A stretch of DNA of 39,491 bases. Origin: Myxococcota bacterium. GTDB taxonomy: Bacteria; Myxococcota_A; UBA796; SXON01. Position numbers and translations under genes: made by a program. Positions 25,746 through 35,229 of this stretch are shown piece by piece. The notes under the pieces are model-generated. The model did no database searches. It had not been told where the DNA came from and saw only the letters and a program-made list of their open reading frames with translations. The stretch is taken from the NCBI GenBank assembly GCA_040386535.1, contig JAZKFH010000059.1:1-39491 (forward strand), in the 5' to 3' direction. Positions within the stretch are counted from its first letter, which is position 1. Each line of letters begins with the position of its first letter.

Positions 25746-26156
25746 ATGATGGTCCTGCTCTTCTTCGTGCTCGGGTGCGCCTCCCCAGGCGGTTCGCACT
25801 ACGACCGGTGCATGCGCAGCTACGAGGTGGCGTGCAAGTGCGGGGACTACAGCCACAACAGCTCGGATGCGGAGGCCGCATGCAAGTACCTGGACGATCC
25901 CGAGACCAAGCTCGCCCTCTGTGAAGACTACGACCTGCGCCGCTGCAACCCGAAGAGCGAACGGTGGGACTCGGAGGGCTGCGAGACCGTGCATGCCCTC
26001 ATCGAGGAGGTGGAGGAGTCCGGATCTGCCGCGTACCAGCAGTGCCGCATCACGGCGTACGAGAAGGAGTGCCCAGGACCCGATCTCACCACGAAGGAGT
26101 GGACCGCGGCGGAGCAGGCGGCGGCCGAGGCGTGTGTCGACCTTCTGCCCGAGTAG
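25746..26156 (+). CDS. Cys-rich lipoprotein
   Basis: MMVLLFFVLGC lipobox; many regularly spaced Cys; acidic. Confidence 0.75.
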   Translation: MMVLLFFVLGCASPGGSHYDRCMRSYEVACKCGDYSHNSSDAEAACKYLDDPETKLALCEDYDLRRCNPKSERWDSEGCETVHALIEEVEESGSAAYQQCRITAYEKECPGPDLTTKEWTAAEQAAAEACVDLLPE

Positions 26157-26176
26157 CCGAGAACGCCGCGTCCCCC

Positions 26177-26305
26177 GCGCCAGGTCCGCCGGAGGGCGCC
26201 GGCGCCGCGCCGGCGGTTCCGCGGCGGCTCGGCGCCGCGAACCGAGCGCTTGCGCGAGCCCGTAGGAGGACCGCCGCCGGGCGGCCTCCGCCCGGCGGGG
26301 CGCCC
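26177..26305 (-). repeat. Structured intergenic repeat, copy E
   Basis: Minus strand: GGGCGCC-CGCCGGGCGG agg CCGCCCGGCG-GC-GGTCCTCCTACGGGC-TC-GCGCAAGCGC-TC-GGTTCG..CGGAACC-hairpin-GCCCTCCGGCGGACC-TGGCGC. Confidence 0.75.
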
Positions 26306-26319
26306 CCCCCACGATCCCA

Positions 26320-27711
26320 TCACCGTTGCCAGGCCGTTCCCCACGGCTGGCACACCGCGCTCGCGGCGCTGCTCAACGAGGTGAGGCCGCCGCCCTTCTC
26401 GACGTTTCCGGCGGCGACGCGCAGGCCGCCGAGCGGGAGGCGCACGGGATCGGGGTCGAGGTAGAGCGCGCCGGGCGCGGTGGCGGCGAGCCGGCTGCGC
26501 GAGGCCACGCCACCGGGGGCGACGATGAAGTCGAGGCCCTCGACGGCGGGGGTGACGGTGCACGGCCGGGTCGGGTCGGCCCCCGAGCAGACGAGCGCGC
26601 CGGTCGGGAGGGCCGAGGCGTGCCAGATGCCGTGGGCATCGAGCGCGGTGCGCGGCGCGCCGGGGCCGCCCGACGGGATGGCGGCGAAGAACAGATCGGC
26701 CGCCCCCGTGCACGCGAACGGCGCGGGATCGACGATCTTGACGCGGGCGAACGCGTCGTCGAACGGGCGCGCGAGCCCCGGCAGATCCGACGCCGCCCAC
26801 ACGCGGACGCGCCCGAGCAGCGAGCCGGAGAGCGCGCCGGCCGCCTCCCAGCGGTCCTCGGTGGGGGCCGGCCGGGAGAGCTGGGCCTGGAGGTCGGACC
26901 AACGGAACCGCTTCACGCCGACGCCCTGCTGGTCCTTCGGCCCCTCGGGGCGGGCCTTCGTGGAGGACCGCGGATCGCCCGCGGTGGCGGCCTCGAGGTA
27001 GGAGCGGCCGTCCTGCGCGTCGACGTGGAACGTGTAGTACACGTCCAGCCGCAGGTCCGCGCCCGTGCCGGCGACGACCGCGCCCGGCACCCCGAGCCAC
27101 GCCGACTGGGTCTGCCCGGGGACGGCCTGAAGCCCGTCCACCAGCCAGTGGGGGCCCGTGAGGTCGCGGGTGAACGCGGGGTCGCTCGCGCGCCACGCGA
27201 CCACGTCGCCCGCGGCGGACCCGACCATCGGTTGGTTGGTGCCCGAGGCGAGGGTGCGGTACCGCGCGAGGACCATCAGCCACGACGCGTCCGGGAGCCG
27301 CAGGACGGTGGGGTCCTTGTAGACGACGTTCATCGCGAGCGAACGCAGGGAGCCGGAGACGCGCGCGGGCCACGAGACGTTCTGGCGGCGCGAGGGCACG
27401 CAGGTCGCGGTGATGGCGGCCGCGCGGTCGATCACGAAGCGGAAGGGCGCGAACAGCTGGGAGTCGACCCAGGAGATGAACCCGCCCCGCCCGCCACACG
27501 GGCTCGGCGCGCCCGGGCGGGCCCACGCGCGCGCGGCGGGGACGGCGCGGCCCACCATGTCCTCGTCGACGCCGTAGAGGCGCAACCGCGCGGCCCCGCC
27601 GCCGATCTCGGCCGGAAGCAGCTGGACCGTGCTGGTGGAGGTGACCTGGAGCGATCCTTCCGCCCCCTGCGCGTGAATCTCGACCGTGGGCCCGTCCATC
27701 GTCCAACCCAT
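26320..27711 (-). CDS. Hypothetical protein, possible five-bladed beta-propeller
   Basis: Repeated DP-type blade motifs (YKDPTVL, VDPAPF, LDPDPV). Confidence 0.6.
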   Translation of the reverse strand: MGWTMDGPTVEIHAQGAEGSLQVTSTSTVQLLPAEIGGGAARLRLYGVDEDMVGRAVPAARAWARPGAPSPCGGRGGFISWVDSQLFAPFRFVIDRAAAITATCVPSRRQNVSWPARVSGSLRSLAMNVVYKDPTVLRLPDASWLMVLARYRTLASGTNQPMVGSAAGDVVAWRASDPAFTRDLTGPHWLVDGLQAVPGQTQSAWLGVPGAVVAGTGADLRLDVYYTFHVDAQDGRSYLEAATAGDPRSSTKARPEGPKDQQGVGVKRFRWSDLQAQLSRPAPTEDRWEAAGALSGSLLGRVRVWAASDLPGLARPFDDAFARVKIVDPAPFACTGAADLFFAAIPSGGPGAPRTALDAHGIWHASALPTGALVCSGADPTRPCTVTPAVEGLDFIVAPGGVASRSRLAATAPGALYLDPDPVRLPLGGLRVAAGNVEKGGGLTSLSSAASAVCQPWGTAWQR

Positions 27712-27883
27712 GCCGCCTCCGCATCCGGCGCCAGCGAAGGGGGAAACCTCCCGCCCGGACCCCGTTGCCTTAAGTCAGGGCCTGGAAGGTGGCCCGTCGG
27801 GTTAGAGGAGGGGCTCCCAGGTTTTCCGAATTCCCGCCTCCGCGCCTCCGCGCCGCCCCCCCACGCACCCCCTGATCGTCGAC

Positions 27884-28660
27884 GTGACGCGCGGCTTGTG
27901 TGGCGGCTGCCTGTTCGCGTTGCCGCTGATCTACACGATGGAGATGTGGTGGATCGGGTACGACATCCCGACCCTCCGCGTCGTCGCGTATCTCGGCGTC
28001 GCGTTGGCGTTCCTGTTCGGCCTCAACGCGCTCTCCGGGTTCCGCGAGGAGGACACCTTCGCGACCGATCTCGGCGACGCCGTCGTGTCCCTCGCGATCG
28101 GGATCGTCGTGTCCGCGGTCATGCTGCTGACGCTCGGGGAGCTCTCGCCCGACACCTCGCGGGTGGTGGTCCTCCGGCAGATCATGGTGCTCGCCATCCC
28201 GGTCTCCCTCGGGGTCTCCGTGTCGCGCGCGCAGCTCACCGCGAAGGACGAGCCGCCCGTCGATCCCGGCCCGGTCCATGCCCTCTCCCACCGCCTCGGC
28301 GTCACCATCGCGGGCGGGATGCTCCTCGGCATGAGCGCCGCGCCGACGGAGGAGATCCGCATGATCGCCTCCCGCGTGGCCTGGCCCCACCTGCTGGGAA
28401 TGACCGCGGTGTCGTTGGGAGTCACGTGGGCGGTCCTGTTCGTCGCCGCGTTTCCCCGGCAGCACGTGCGGCGCCTTCACCAGAACCGGGGCGGCGAGGT
28501 GATGCTGGTGCACGCCATCGGCCTGGCGCTCGCCGCGCTGATGCTCGGCGCCTTCGGCTTTCTCGGTGGGGAGGGGTCGGTGCCCGAGATGCTCGCGATC
28601 ATCGTTACGCTCGCCATGCCCACCACCATCGGCGCCGCCGCCGGGCGCCTGATCCTGTGA
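27884..28660 (+). CDS. DUF2391 (TIGR02587-type) membrane protein
   Basis: RGLCGG.LF.LPL.YTMEMWWIG, APTEEI.MIA, IGAAAGRLIL. Confidence 0.88.
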   Translation: MTRGLCGGCLFALPLIYTMEMWWIGYDIPTLRVVAYLGVALAFLFGLNALSGFREEDTFATDLGDAVVSLAIGIVVSAVMLLTLGELSPDTSRVVVLRQIMVLAIPVSLGVSVSRAQLTAKDEPPVDPGPVHALSHRLGVTIAGGMLLGMSAAPTEEIRMIASRVAWPHLLGMTAVSLGVTWAVLFVAAFPRQHVRRLHQNRGGEVMLVHAIGLALAALMLGAFGFLGGEGSVPEMLAIIVTLAMPTTIGAAAGRLIL

Positions 28661-29031
28661 CGGAGACCGAGCCCACCAGCACCCTGGAGATGGCGCTCTA
28701 CGCGCTCTCCACCGTCGTCGTGCTCGTCGTGGCCGGCGCCGCCGTCGTCCTCGATCTCACCGCCCCGGAGGACCCCCATCCCCGGCTCGAGGCCCACGTG
28801 GACGGCCCCGGGTGGGACGACGGTACCGCGCGCGCGGTCCCCTGGGTCATCGAGAACGTGAGCAGCCACGATGTCGAGCGGGTGCAGGTCGAGGTGCGAC
28901 TCGGGGACGGCGAGCCCGTATCGCAGGAGATCGACTACCTGCCGCGTGGGGCGCTGCGGCGAGGGGTGGCGCGTTTGCCGCCGGTCGGCGGAGAGCCGGT
29001 GGTGCACGTGGCGGGCTACCGCATCCCGTAG
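28657..29031 (+). CDS. TIGR02588-type partner protein
   Basis: GTGA coupling; LE...TM segment, VQVEV.L, IDYLP.G..R.G, C-terminal GY..P. Confidence 0.8.
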   Translation: MTETEPTSTLEMALYALSTVVVLVVAGAAVVLDLTAPEDPHPRLEAHVDGPGWDDGTARAVPWVIENVSSHDVERVQVEVRLGDGEPVSQEIDYLPRGALRRGVARLPPVGGEPVVHVAGYRIP

Positions 29032-29143
29032 CGACGCCGCGCGACGGCCCGATTTGGATCGCCGCGCCCCCGGCGCTTCCAACGCCCCGACCACGACGCC
29101 GATGTCGCGCTTTTCGGGGGTGTTCAGCGGTACGTTCGAGGCC

Positions 29144-29149
29144 TATAAT
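29144..29149 (+). promoter_or_regulatory. Possible sigma70 -10 box
   Basis: TATAAT in a very GC-rich background, 22 bp before the GGAGGA-preceded GTG 29172; -35 not clear. Confidence 0.4.
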
Positions 29150-29171
29150 CCTCGCGCCCCCGGAGGAGCCC

Positions 29172-30542
29172 GTGTTGTTCTTGTCCCTGATGATGGCCAG
29201 TCCCCACGCCGATGCGTTCTGTGGAGCCTACGTCGGCAACGGCGAGTCCTCGCCGACCAACCGGGCCAGCCAGATCGTCATCGCGCGGTCGGGCACGTCG
29301 ACCACGCTCACGATGTTCAACGACTACGAGGGGGACCTCGCGGCGTTCGGCCTGGTCGTGCCGGTGCCCGCGGGGGTCGACTCCGACAACGTCCGGCTCG
29401 CCGACCGTACGCTGCTGGAGAAGCTCGATGGCTACTCCCAGCCGCGCCAGGTCGCCTACACGTGTGACGATTGGTACGGGGTGTCCGAGGCCGCCGTGGA
29501 GGCGCGCCAGCTGGCCCGCCGCTCGTCGGGCGGCGGCTGCGGCGGAAGCAGCAATGACAGCGGCGGGTGGTACACGAACGACAGCGGGGTTCGCGAGGGG
29601 AGCAGCGGGGACACCGGCGTGCACGTGATCGACGAGTTCGATCTCGGCGAGTACACCGCGTGGGTCGTGGCGGCGGAGGGCTCCGAGGGGCTGATGGCGT
29701 GGCTCTCGGCCAACGGCTTCGCGGTGGATGACACGACCTCGGCCGTGTTCGACGAGTACATCGCCGCCGGCTCCCACTTCCTCGCGCTCCGGGTCGACCT
29801 CGACGAGGCCCCCGCGACCAATTGGCTCTCGCCGCTCCAGGTCGGCTACGACACCGAGGCGTGGAGCCTGCCGATCCGCATGGGCGCGGCGTCCTCGGCG
29901 GGCGTGCAGGACCTCGTCGTGTACGCCGTGACCGAGCCCGACGCGGGCCGGGTCGGCATCTCCAACTACGTGGAGACCCCGGCGCCCGCGGCGGAGTGCC
30001 TCGTCGACATCGAGGAGGGCGGCAGCGTCCTCGATTGGTACGAGACCCAATTCGAGCTCACCACCGGCCTGCCTGCCACCCCGGAGACGCTGGGCGGCCG
30101 CCAGGGGTTCGCGTGGACCACCGAATACGGCTGGGGCTCCGGCGCCTGTGACCCGTGCACCAACACCGGCCCCCTCACGCAGGATGACGTGACCGGCCTC
30201 GGCTTCGACGCCCACTACGGCTGGTACCTCACACGCCTGCACCTCCGGTACACGCCGGAGGCGGTCACCGAGGACATCTCGTTCTACGCGAGCCGTGTCA
30301 CCGAGAACACCCAGCTCCGGTATGTGTCCCACACCTGGGAGCTCGAGTCCGCCATGCCCACGTGTGGCGCCCTCGAGGGCGCCGCCGACGCGCCCGCCTG
30401 CTACTCCAGCGAGTATTGGGCGCGCAAGGAGCAGGAAGGCGAGGCCGGCACCTCCGTCCGGAACGACGACTTCAAGAAGTGTGGCGGGTCGTCCGCGGCG
30501 CTCCTGCTCCTGCCGCTCCTGTTCTGGCGGCGGCGCTGGTGA
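29172..30542 (+). CDS. DUF2330 domain-containing protein
   Basis: AFCG.YV, N.ASQ, FGLVVPVP, YS.PR, WL..NGF, LP.RMG, LTRLHLRY; C-terminal CG/hydrophobic/RRRW tail. Confidence 0.88.
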   Translation: MLFLSLMMASPHADAFCGAYVGNGESSPTNRASQIVIARSGTSTTLTMFNDYEGDLAAFGLVVPVPAGVDSDNVRLADRTLLEKLDGYSQPRQVAYTCDDWYGVSEAAVEARQLARRSSGGGCGGSSNDSGGWYTNDSGVREGSSGDTGVHVIDEFDLGEYTAWVVAAEGSEGLMAWLSANGFAVDDTTSAVFDEYIAAGSHFLALRVDLDEAPATNWLSPLQVGYDTEAWSLPIRMGAASSAGVQDLVVYAVTEPDAGRVGISNYVETPAPAAECLVDIEEGGSVLDWYETQFELTTGLPATPETLGGRQGFAWTTEYGWGSGACDPCTNTGPLTQDDVTGLGFDAHYGWYLTRLHLRYTPEAVTEDISFYASRVTENTQLRYVSHTWELESAMPTCGALEGAADAPACYSSEYWARKEQEGEAGTSVRNDDFKKCGGSSAALLLLPLLFWRRRW

Positions 30543-30847
30543 GCGTGCTCCTGCTGTTCGTCGGGTGCTACCGCGTGGAGACCTACCAGGAGGATCTCGA
30601 CGCCGCGGTGTGCACGTGGAAGGCAACCTGCTACGCCGAGGACGAGGCTGCGTGCCTCGCGGCGGCGGTATCGGCGCGTCAGGACGCCGACCCCGCCTGC
30701 GAGTACGACCCGGACGAGGCCCGCGAGTGTGTCAACGGGTTCGAGGAGCTCGGCTGCCCCGGCGGGGAGGACACGGCGGGCGTCGAGACGTGGGACGGGG
30801 ACTTCGGCTTTCCGTCGGCGTGTGACAAGGTCTGGGAGTGCCCGTGA
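30539..30847 (+). CDS. Small Cys-rich lipoprotein
   Basis: GTGA coupling; LLFVGC lipobox; C..C, CEYD...A..C pattern. Confidence 0.75.
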   Translation: MSVLLLFVGCYRVETYQEDLDAAVCTWKATCYAEDEAACLAAAVSARQDADPACEYDPDEARECVNGFEELGCPGGEDTAGVETWDGDFGFPSACDKVWECP

Positions 30848-30863
30848 CGGGATCGCGGTCGGG

Positions 30864-33017
30864 TCAGCCCTGCCGCTGGGACCGCGGAACCGAGGGATGT
30901 TCGGTGAACATGTGCCCCACCTTGCGGGAGATGTAGAGCCGGCTGTTGACCGCCCACCCGGACCCGATGAGCAACGAGCCGAGGTCACGCCGACGCAGCT
31001 TGAGCCACGCGGCGATGCACACGGGCAGCAGGTAGACCAGCATCGGTACGGCGAGCATGCCCAGGATCACGACGACGACCGCGGCGGGGTACGCCGCGAG
31101 CCCGACCGTATGGATGGTGCTCGCCGGCAGCGCGTTCACCATGGGGAGGGCGATGATCCACGCGCCGATGGTCGAGGCCGCCGCGACGAAACGGTCGCCG
31201 ATGTAGGCCAGCGCGGAGCTGATGGCGGCGAGGGCGATGCCCGCCCCCGCGGCGATCGCGAGCACGCCCGCCGCCGCGGCCGGCCTGGCGGCGGCGACGG
31301 GCGCGTCGGGCGGCGGCGCGGCGGCGACGGGACCGGGCGACGCGTCCAAGCGGGTGCTGGCGAGCACCTTGTCCAGCGCGGCGGCCTCTTCGGCCGCGCC
31401 GGCCTTGTCGACCGCGCCCTGGAAGGCCTCCATGAGCCGACGGAACGGGCTGAAGATCGCGTCCCGCATGCTGATCGGGTGCACGACGATCTTGCGCACC
31501 CGCGCGTGCCGCTCCCGGCCTTCTCCCGCCCCGTGGCCCGTGCCGTGCTCCACGAACACGCCCCACATGCCCTCGACCAGGAACCCGCGCATGCCCGCGG
31601 TGACCGGCACGGCCACCTCGTACTCCCAGTCCTCGTCGACATCGCCGACCTCGACGTACATCACGCACAACGCGCCGCGTTTCGTGAAGCCCTCGTGGCG
31701 CGTGGCGTCGGGCACCTTGACGGCGAGGTTGAACCAGCGCCCGTCGAGCACGAGGGTGCCCCAGCCGAACAACGCGCGGGCAGCGGGGTCGTAGAGGTCC
31801 CGACACGAGACGAAGCTGTTGACGAAGGGCAACATCCACGCCTGGTAGAGCATGAGCTGCTCGAGCTGTTCGAGGCGGGCGATGCGCGCGGCGGTCACGT
31901 GGCTCGCGTCGATCAGCGCCTGGGCGCGCGTGACCAGCGTGGCGTCGGCGCTGTGGCGCTTGATCTCTTCCGGGCTGCGCCGGCCCACCCGCGTGATCGG
32001 CTTCTCCGCCATCCAGCCCGCGTAGGCCGAGAGCCGTGCGAGCAGGCCGATCCAGGCGGCGCGATCGAGCGTGTCGACGTCGGCACCCAGCATCGGCCAC
32101 ACCACCTCGGTGAGCAGGAAGGCGATGGGCGCCTCGTACGCGGGGTTGATGCCGTGCACGAGGGACAGGCGGCCGTCGGCACGCGGGACCGCGATCGGGG
32201 CGCGGGAGAGCAGCGCGCTGGTGGCGGCGGCGTCGAGCAGGTCGGTGCCCGTCGGGTCCGGGAGGGTGTAGCTGGCGAGGCGGACGTCGAGCCGGACGGC
32301 GTCGCAGAGCACGAAGTAGTGGTCGACCTTGGCGGACAGCGACTGGCAGAGGTTCCACGCCGCGGGCGTGACGCTGCCGAGCGGCAGGACCACGGCGTGC
32401 GAACCGTCGGCGCCGGGCGCGCCGCGTTCGTGCCAGAGAGTCCACGCGCGGGCCTCGGCCAGGAATTGCGCCATCGACGCGGCGGTCACCGTGAGCTCGG
32501 GGTGCGGGGCGCCGCCCGTGGTCTCGACGATGTGGGTGAGGAAGCTCTCCAGGTCGGGGTCGGCGGCCGCGGAGGGGTGGACACAGCCGGCCTCGGCGAG
32601 GCCCCGGGCGACCTCCTCCGAACGCACGACGCGCACCGCGTCCAGCGTGACCTGCTCAGACGAGGGGGCTGCGGTTCGCTCGAGGACGAGGCGCGCCGAG
32701 GCGAGCAGGTCGCGGGACTCGTCGGGAAGCGACGCCAGCCGGAGCGTCGTGTCGCCGGTACGGATGTCACCCGGATCGCGCAGGTTGGCGAGGAGCCACC
32801 GGATGCCCGCGCGCACCTCGTCGGTGCGGATGCGGCCGTCCTTGTCGGTGTCGAGGCAGGCGAGGAACACCGGATCCGCGCGCAGGCTGCCGACGGGCGC
32901 GGCGGTGGCGATCCACAACGCCTCGTCGAGATCGAGCACGCCGGCGAGGTCGTGACCGTCCTCGATGCACGGGTGCCAGCCACGGCCGAGCCGGCGGAAG
33001 CGAAGGGGGGCGCTCAT
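30864..33017 (-). CDS. Hypothetical membrane protein with N-terminal EF-hand-like motif
   Basis: LDTDKDGRIRTDEV; C-terminal TMs; KLRRRDLG.LL..SGWAVN. Confidence 0.8.
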   Translation of the reverse strand: MSAPLRFRRLGRGWHPCIEDGHDLAGVLDLDEALWIATAAPVGSLRADPVFLACLDTDKDGRIRTDEVRAGIRWLLANLRDPGDIRTGDTTLRLASLPDESRDLLASARLVLERTAAPSSEQVTLDAVRVVRSEEVARGLAEAGCVHPSAAADPDLESFLTHIVETTGGAPHPELTVTAASMAQFLAEARAWTLWHERGAPGADGSHAVVLPLGSVTPAAWNLCQSLSAKVDHYFVLCDAVRLDVRLASYTLPDPTGTDLLDAAATSALLSRAPIAVPRADGRLSLVHGINPAYEAPIAFLLTEVVWPMLGADVDTLDRAAWIGLLARLSAYAGWMAEKPITRVGRRSPEEIKRHSADATLVTRAQALIDASHVTAARIARLEQLEQLMLYQAWMLPFVNSFVSCRDLYDPAARALFGWGTLVLDGRWFNLAVKVPDATRHEGFTKRGALCVMYVEVGDVDEDWEYEVAVPVTAGMRGFLVEGMWGVFVEHGTGHGAGEGRERHARVRKIVVHPISMRDAIFSPFRRLMEAFQGAVDKAGAAEEAAALDKVLASTRLDASPGPVAAAPPPDAPVAAARPAAAAGVLAIAAGAGIALAAISSALAYIGDRFVAAASTIGAWIIALPMVNALPASTIHTVGLAAYPAAVVVVILGMLAVPMLVYLLPVCIAAWLKLRRRDLGSLLIGSGWAVNSRLYISRKVGHMFTEHPSVPRSQRQG

Positions 33018-33100
33018 GTCAGCTCATCACTTGGGTTCCCTTAGCTCCGATCGCGTGCGCACGCTTTGCCGCTCCTGGGCGGTGCGGCATACTCCGCCCC

Positions 33101-34072
33101 ATGTCGCCCCCCCTCGAGCACCTCGCGGACGATCTCGAGGCCGCCCTCGATGCCGATCGGGAGCCGGCGGCCACCCGGGCCCGCCCCCCGCGCGCGCTGC
33201 TCGTGCCCGCCGCGCTGGGGCGCCTCCTTCGGCTCGCGCTCGTCGACTGGGCGATCGTGGGCCTCGCGTGGGTCGGCATGGCCCTCGCGCCGGTCTGGGT
33301 GGGGGTGGCGTGCGGCGTCATCGTCGCGAGCCGGTTCCACGCGCTCGGCGTCATCCTGCACGACGCGGCGCACCTCCCGCTCCGCGGCAAACCCTGGCGC
33401 GTGCGCCTCTTGGAGGGGCTGTGCGGCTACCCCCTCGCGACCACCGTGAACGCGATGCGCTACCACCACCTGCGCCACCACCGCGACAACGGCATGCCGA
33501 CGGACCCGTACTTCAAGGCCGGGGTCGAGGACCGCCCCGTGGTGTACGCGCTCAACGTCGTGCGCGGGCTCGCCCTGTTGCCGTTCTGGTCGGTCCGTGC
33601 GTGGTTCGGCCTCGCCGCCTGGGCCTCCCCCGCGCTGCGCACCCCCTACGCCCGCGTCTTCCTGCAGGACCGCTCCGGCGCCGACGTGACCGACAGCGCC
33701 GAGGTGCTCGCGTGCGCGCGCGCCGAGGTCGGGCTCGTCCTGTTCCAGGTGGGCGTCGCCACCGTTGCAGTGTTCGCCCCCTTCGCCGTGCTCTACGGCT
33801 TGGTGCTACCCGCGGTCGCCGCGGGCGTGTTGGCCGCGTGGCGCCTGCTCCAGGAGCACCGCTACACACCCAACTCGGACCGTCGGCTTGAGACCACGTT
33901 GGCTACCACGCGCGACCACCACCTGTCCGGTTGGTTCACGTGGCTCCTGGCGCCCCGCAACATCGGCCACCACATCGTCCACCATCTGCACCCCCAGGTC
34001 GGCTTGGAGCACCTGCCCGCCCTGCGCGCCTGGTACCGTGTCAACCAACCCGGCTACCCCGAGCCCCGATGA
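33101..34072 (+). CDS. Membrane fatty acid desaturase family protein
   Basis: His boxes HDAAH, HLRHH, HIVHH; also QEH. Confidence 0.88.
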   Translation: MSPPLEHLADDLEAALDADREPAATRARPPRALLVPAALGRLLRLALVDWAIVGLAWVGMALAPVWVGVACGVIVASRFHALGVILHDAAHLPLRGKPWRVRLLEGLCGYPLATTVNAMRYHHLRHHRDNGMPTDPYFKAGVEDRPVVYALNVVRGLALLPFWSVRAWFGLAAWASPALRTPYARVFLQDRSGADVTDSAEVLACARAEVGLVLFQVGVATVAVFAPFAVLYGLVLPAVAAGVLAAWRLLQEHRYTPNSDRRLETTLATTRDHHLSGWFTWLLAPRNIGHHIVHHLHPQVGLEHLPALRAWYRVNQPGYPEPR

Positions 34073-35217
34073 GCTTCTTTCCGTACGTGAACCCCCGCTT
34101 CACGTTGGACCTGGCTCGCCCGGAGGACAACGCCGACATCTGCGCGCTCTTCCGCGAGGTGCACGTGTCCGGGGAGCTGGAGGTGAACCAGGAGCGGGAC
34201 CCCGACTTCTTCGCCCTCCAGCGGATGCATCACGGGCCCGATCGCACCGATGCGCACGTCACCACGTGGCTCGCCCGCGAGCCGGACGGCACCGCCGCCG
34301 CCATCGGCACGGTCATCGTGCGCGACGGCTGGCTCGACGGCGCACGCGTCCGCACCGGCTACCTGTGTGATCTGCGCGTGCGTCCCGGCTTCCGCGGCGG
34401 CCTCGCCCTCGCCGCGTGCTACCCCAGGGTGCTCGACCACCTCGCGCGCACCACGGGCGCCGAGGTGTTCACCACCGTCATCTTCGACGACAACGAGATG
34501 GCCCGGAAGGTGTTGTCCGGCAAGGGAGCGGCCCGCCGCGGCCAGCCCGTGTACCGCCCGATGACCCCGTTCGAGATGACATCGGTCCAATTCACGTGGC
34601 GCCGCCGCGCCCCCGCCCGCGTCGTGACCGCCACCGCCGCCGACCTGGGCGAGCTCCGCGATTTCCTCGCCGCACGCGGTCAGTCCCGCGTGTTGGGCGA
34701 GGACTTCACCGGCGACCTGCTCGATCGCCGCCTCGCCGATTGGCCCGGCTTCTCCCTGGGAGACTTCCTGCTCGTGCGCGACGGCGGCCGCCTCGTCGGC
34801 TGTTGCGCGCCGTGGGACACGCGCGCCGTCAAGCAGACGCGCGTGCTCGGCTACCACGGCGGCATGGCCTGGGTGAAACGGGCCTTCGATCTCGGCGCCG
34901 CCGTGTTGCGCTACCCCCCCTTGCCACCCCCGGGCGAATGCTTTCGCTTCGCGTTCCTCACCCACCTCGAGGTCGTGAACGACGATCCGGCCGTGCTCCG
35001 CGACCTGGTGCTCGCCGCCTACGCGCGCCGCTACGATCAGCGCCAACACTTCCTCTCCGCGCTGGTCCCGCGCGGCAGCCCGCTCGCCGGCGCGTTCCGT
35101 GGCCTCCAGGTGCAACGCACGGCGATGACGCTGTACACCGTCGTGCTCCGCGGCGGACGTTGGGAGGAGCGGGATTTTGCGAGCCGGGCGCCGGGGTTCG
35201 AGATGGCGCTCAGTTAG
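34069..35217 (+). CDS. GNAT-fold acyltransferase-like protein
   Basis: ATGA coupling; R.PDFF, GYLCDLRVRPGFRG, DN..A. Confidence 0.75.
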   Translation: MSFFPYVNPRFTLDLARPEDNADICALFREVHVSGELEVNQERDPDFFALQRMHHGPDRTDAHVTTWLAREPDGTAAAIGTVIVRDGWLDGARVRTGYLCDLRVRPGFRGGLALAACYPRVLDHLARTTGAEVFTTVIFDDNEMARKVLSGKGAARRGQPVYRPMTPFEMTSVQFTWRRRAPARVVTATAADLGELRDFLAARGQSRVLGEDFTGDLLDRRLADWPGFSLGDFLLVRDGGRLVGCCAPWDTRAVKQTRVLGYHGGMAWVKRAFDLGAAVLRYPPLPPPGECFRFAFLTHLEVVNDDPAVLRDLVLAAYARRYDQRQHFLSALVPRGSPLAGAFRGLQVQRTAMTLYTVVLRGGRWEERDFASRAPGFEMALS

Positions 35218-35229
35218 GGGCGGGCCCGC

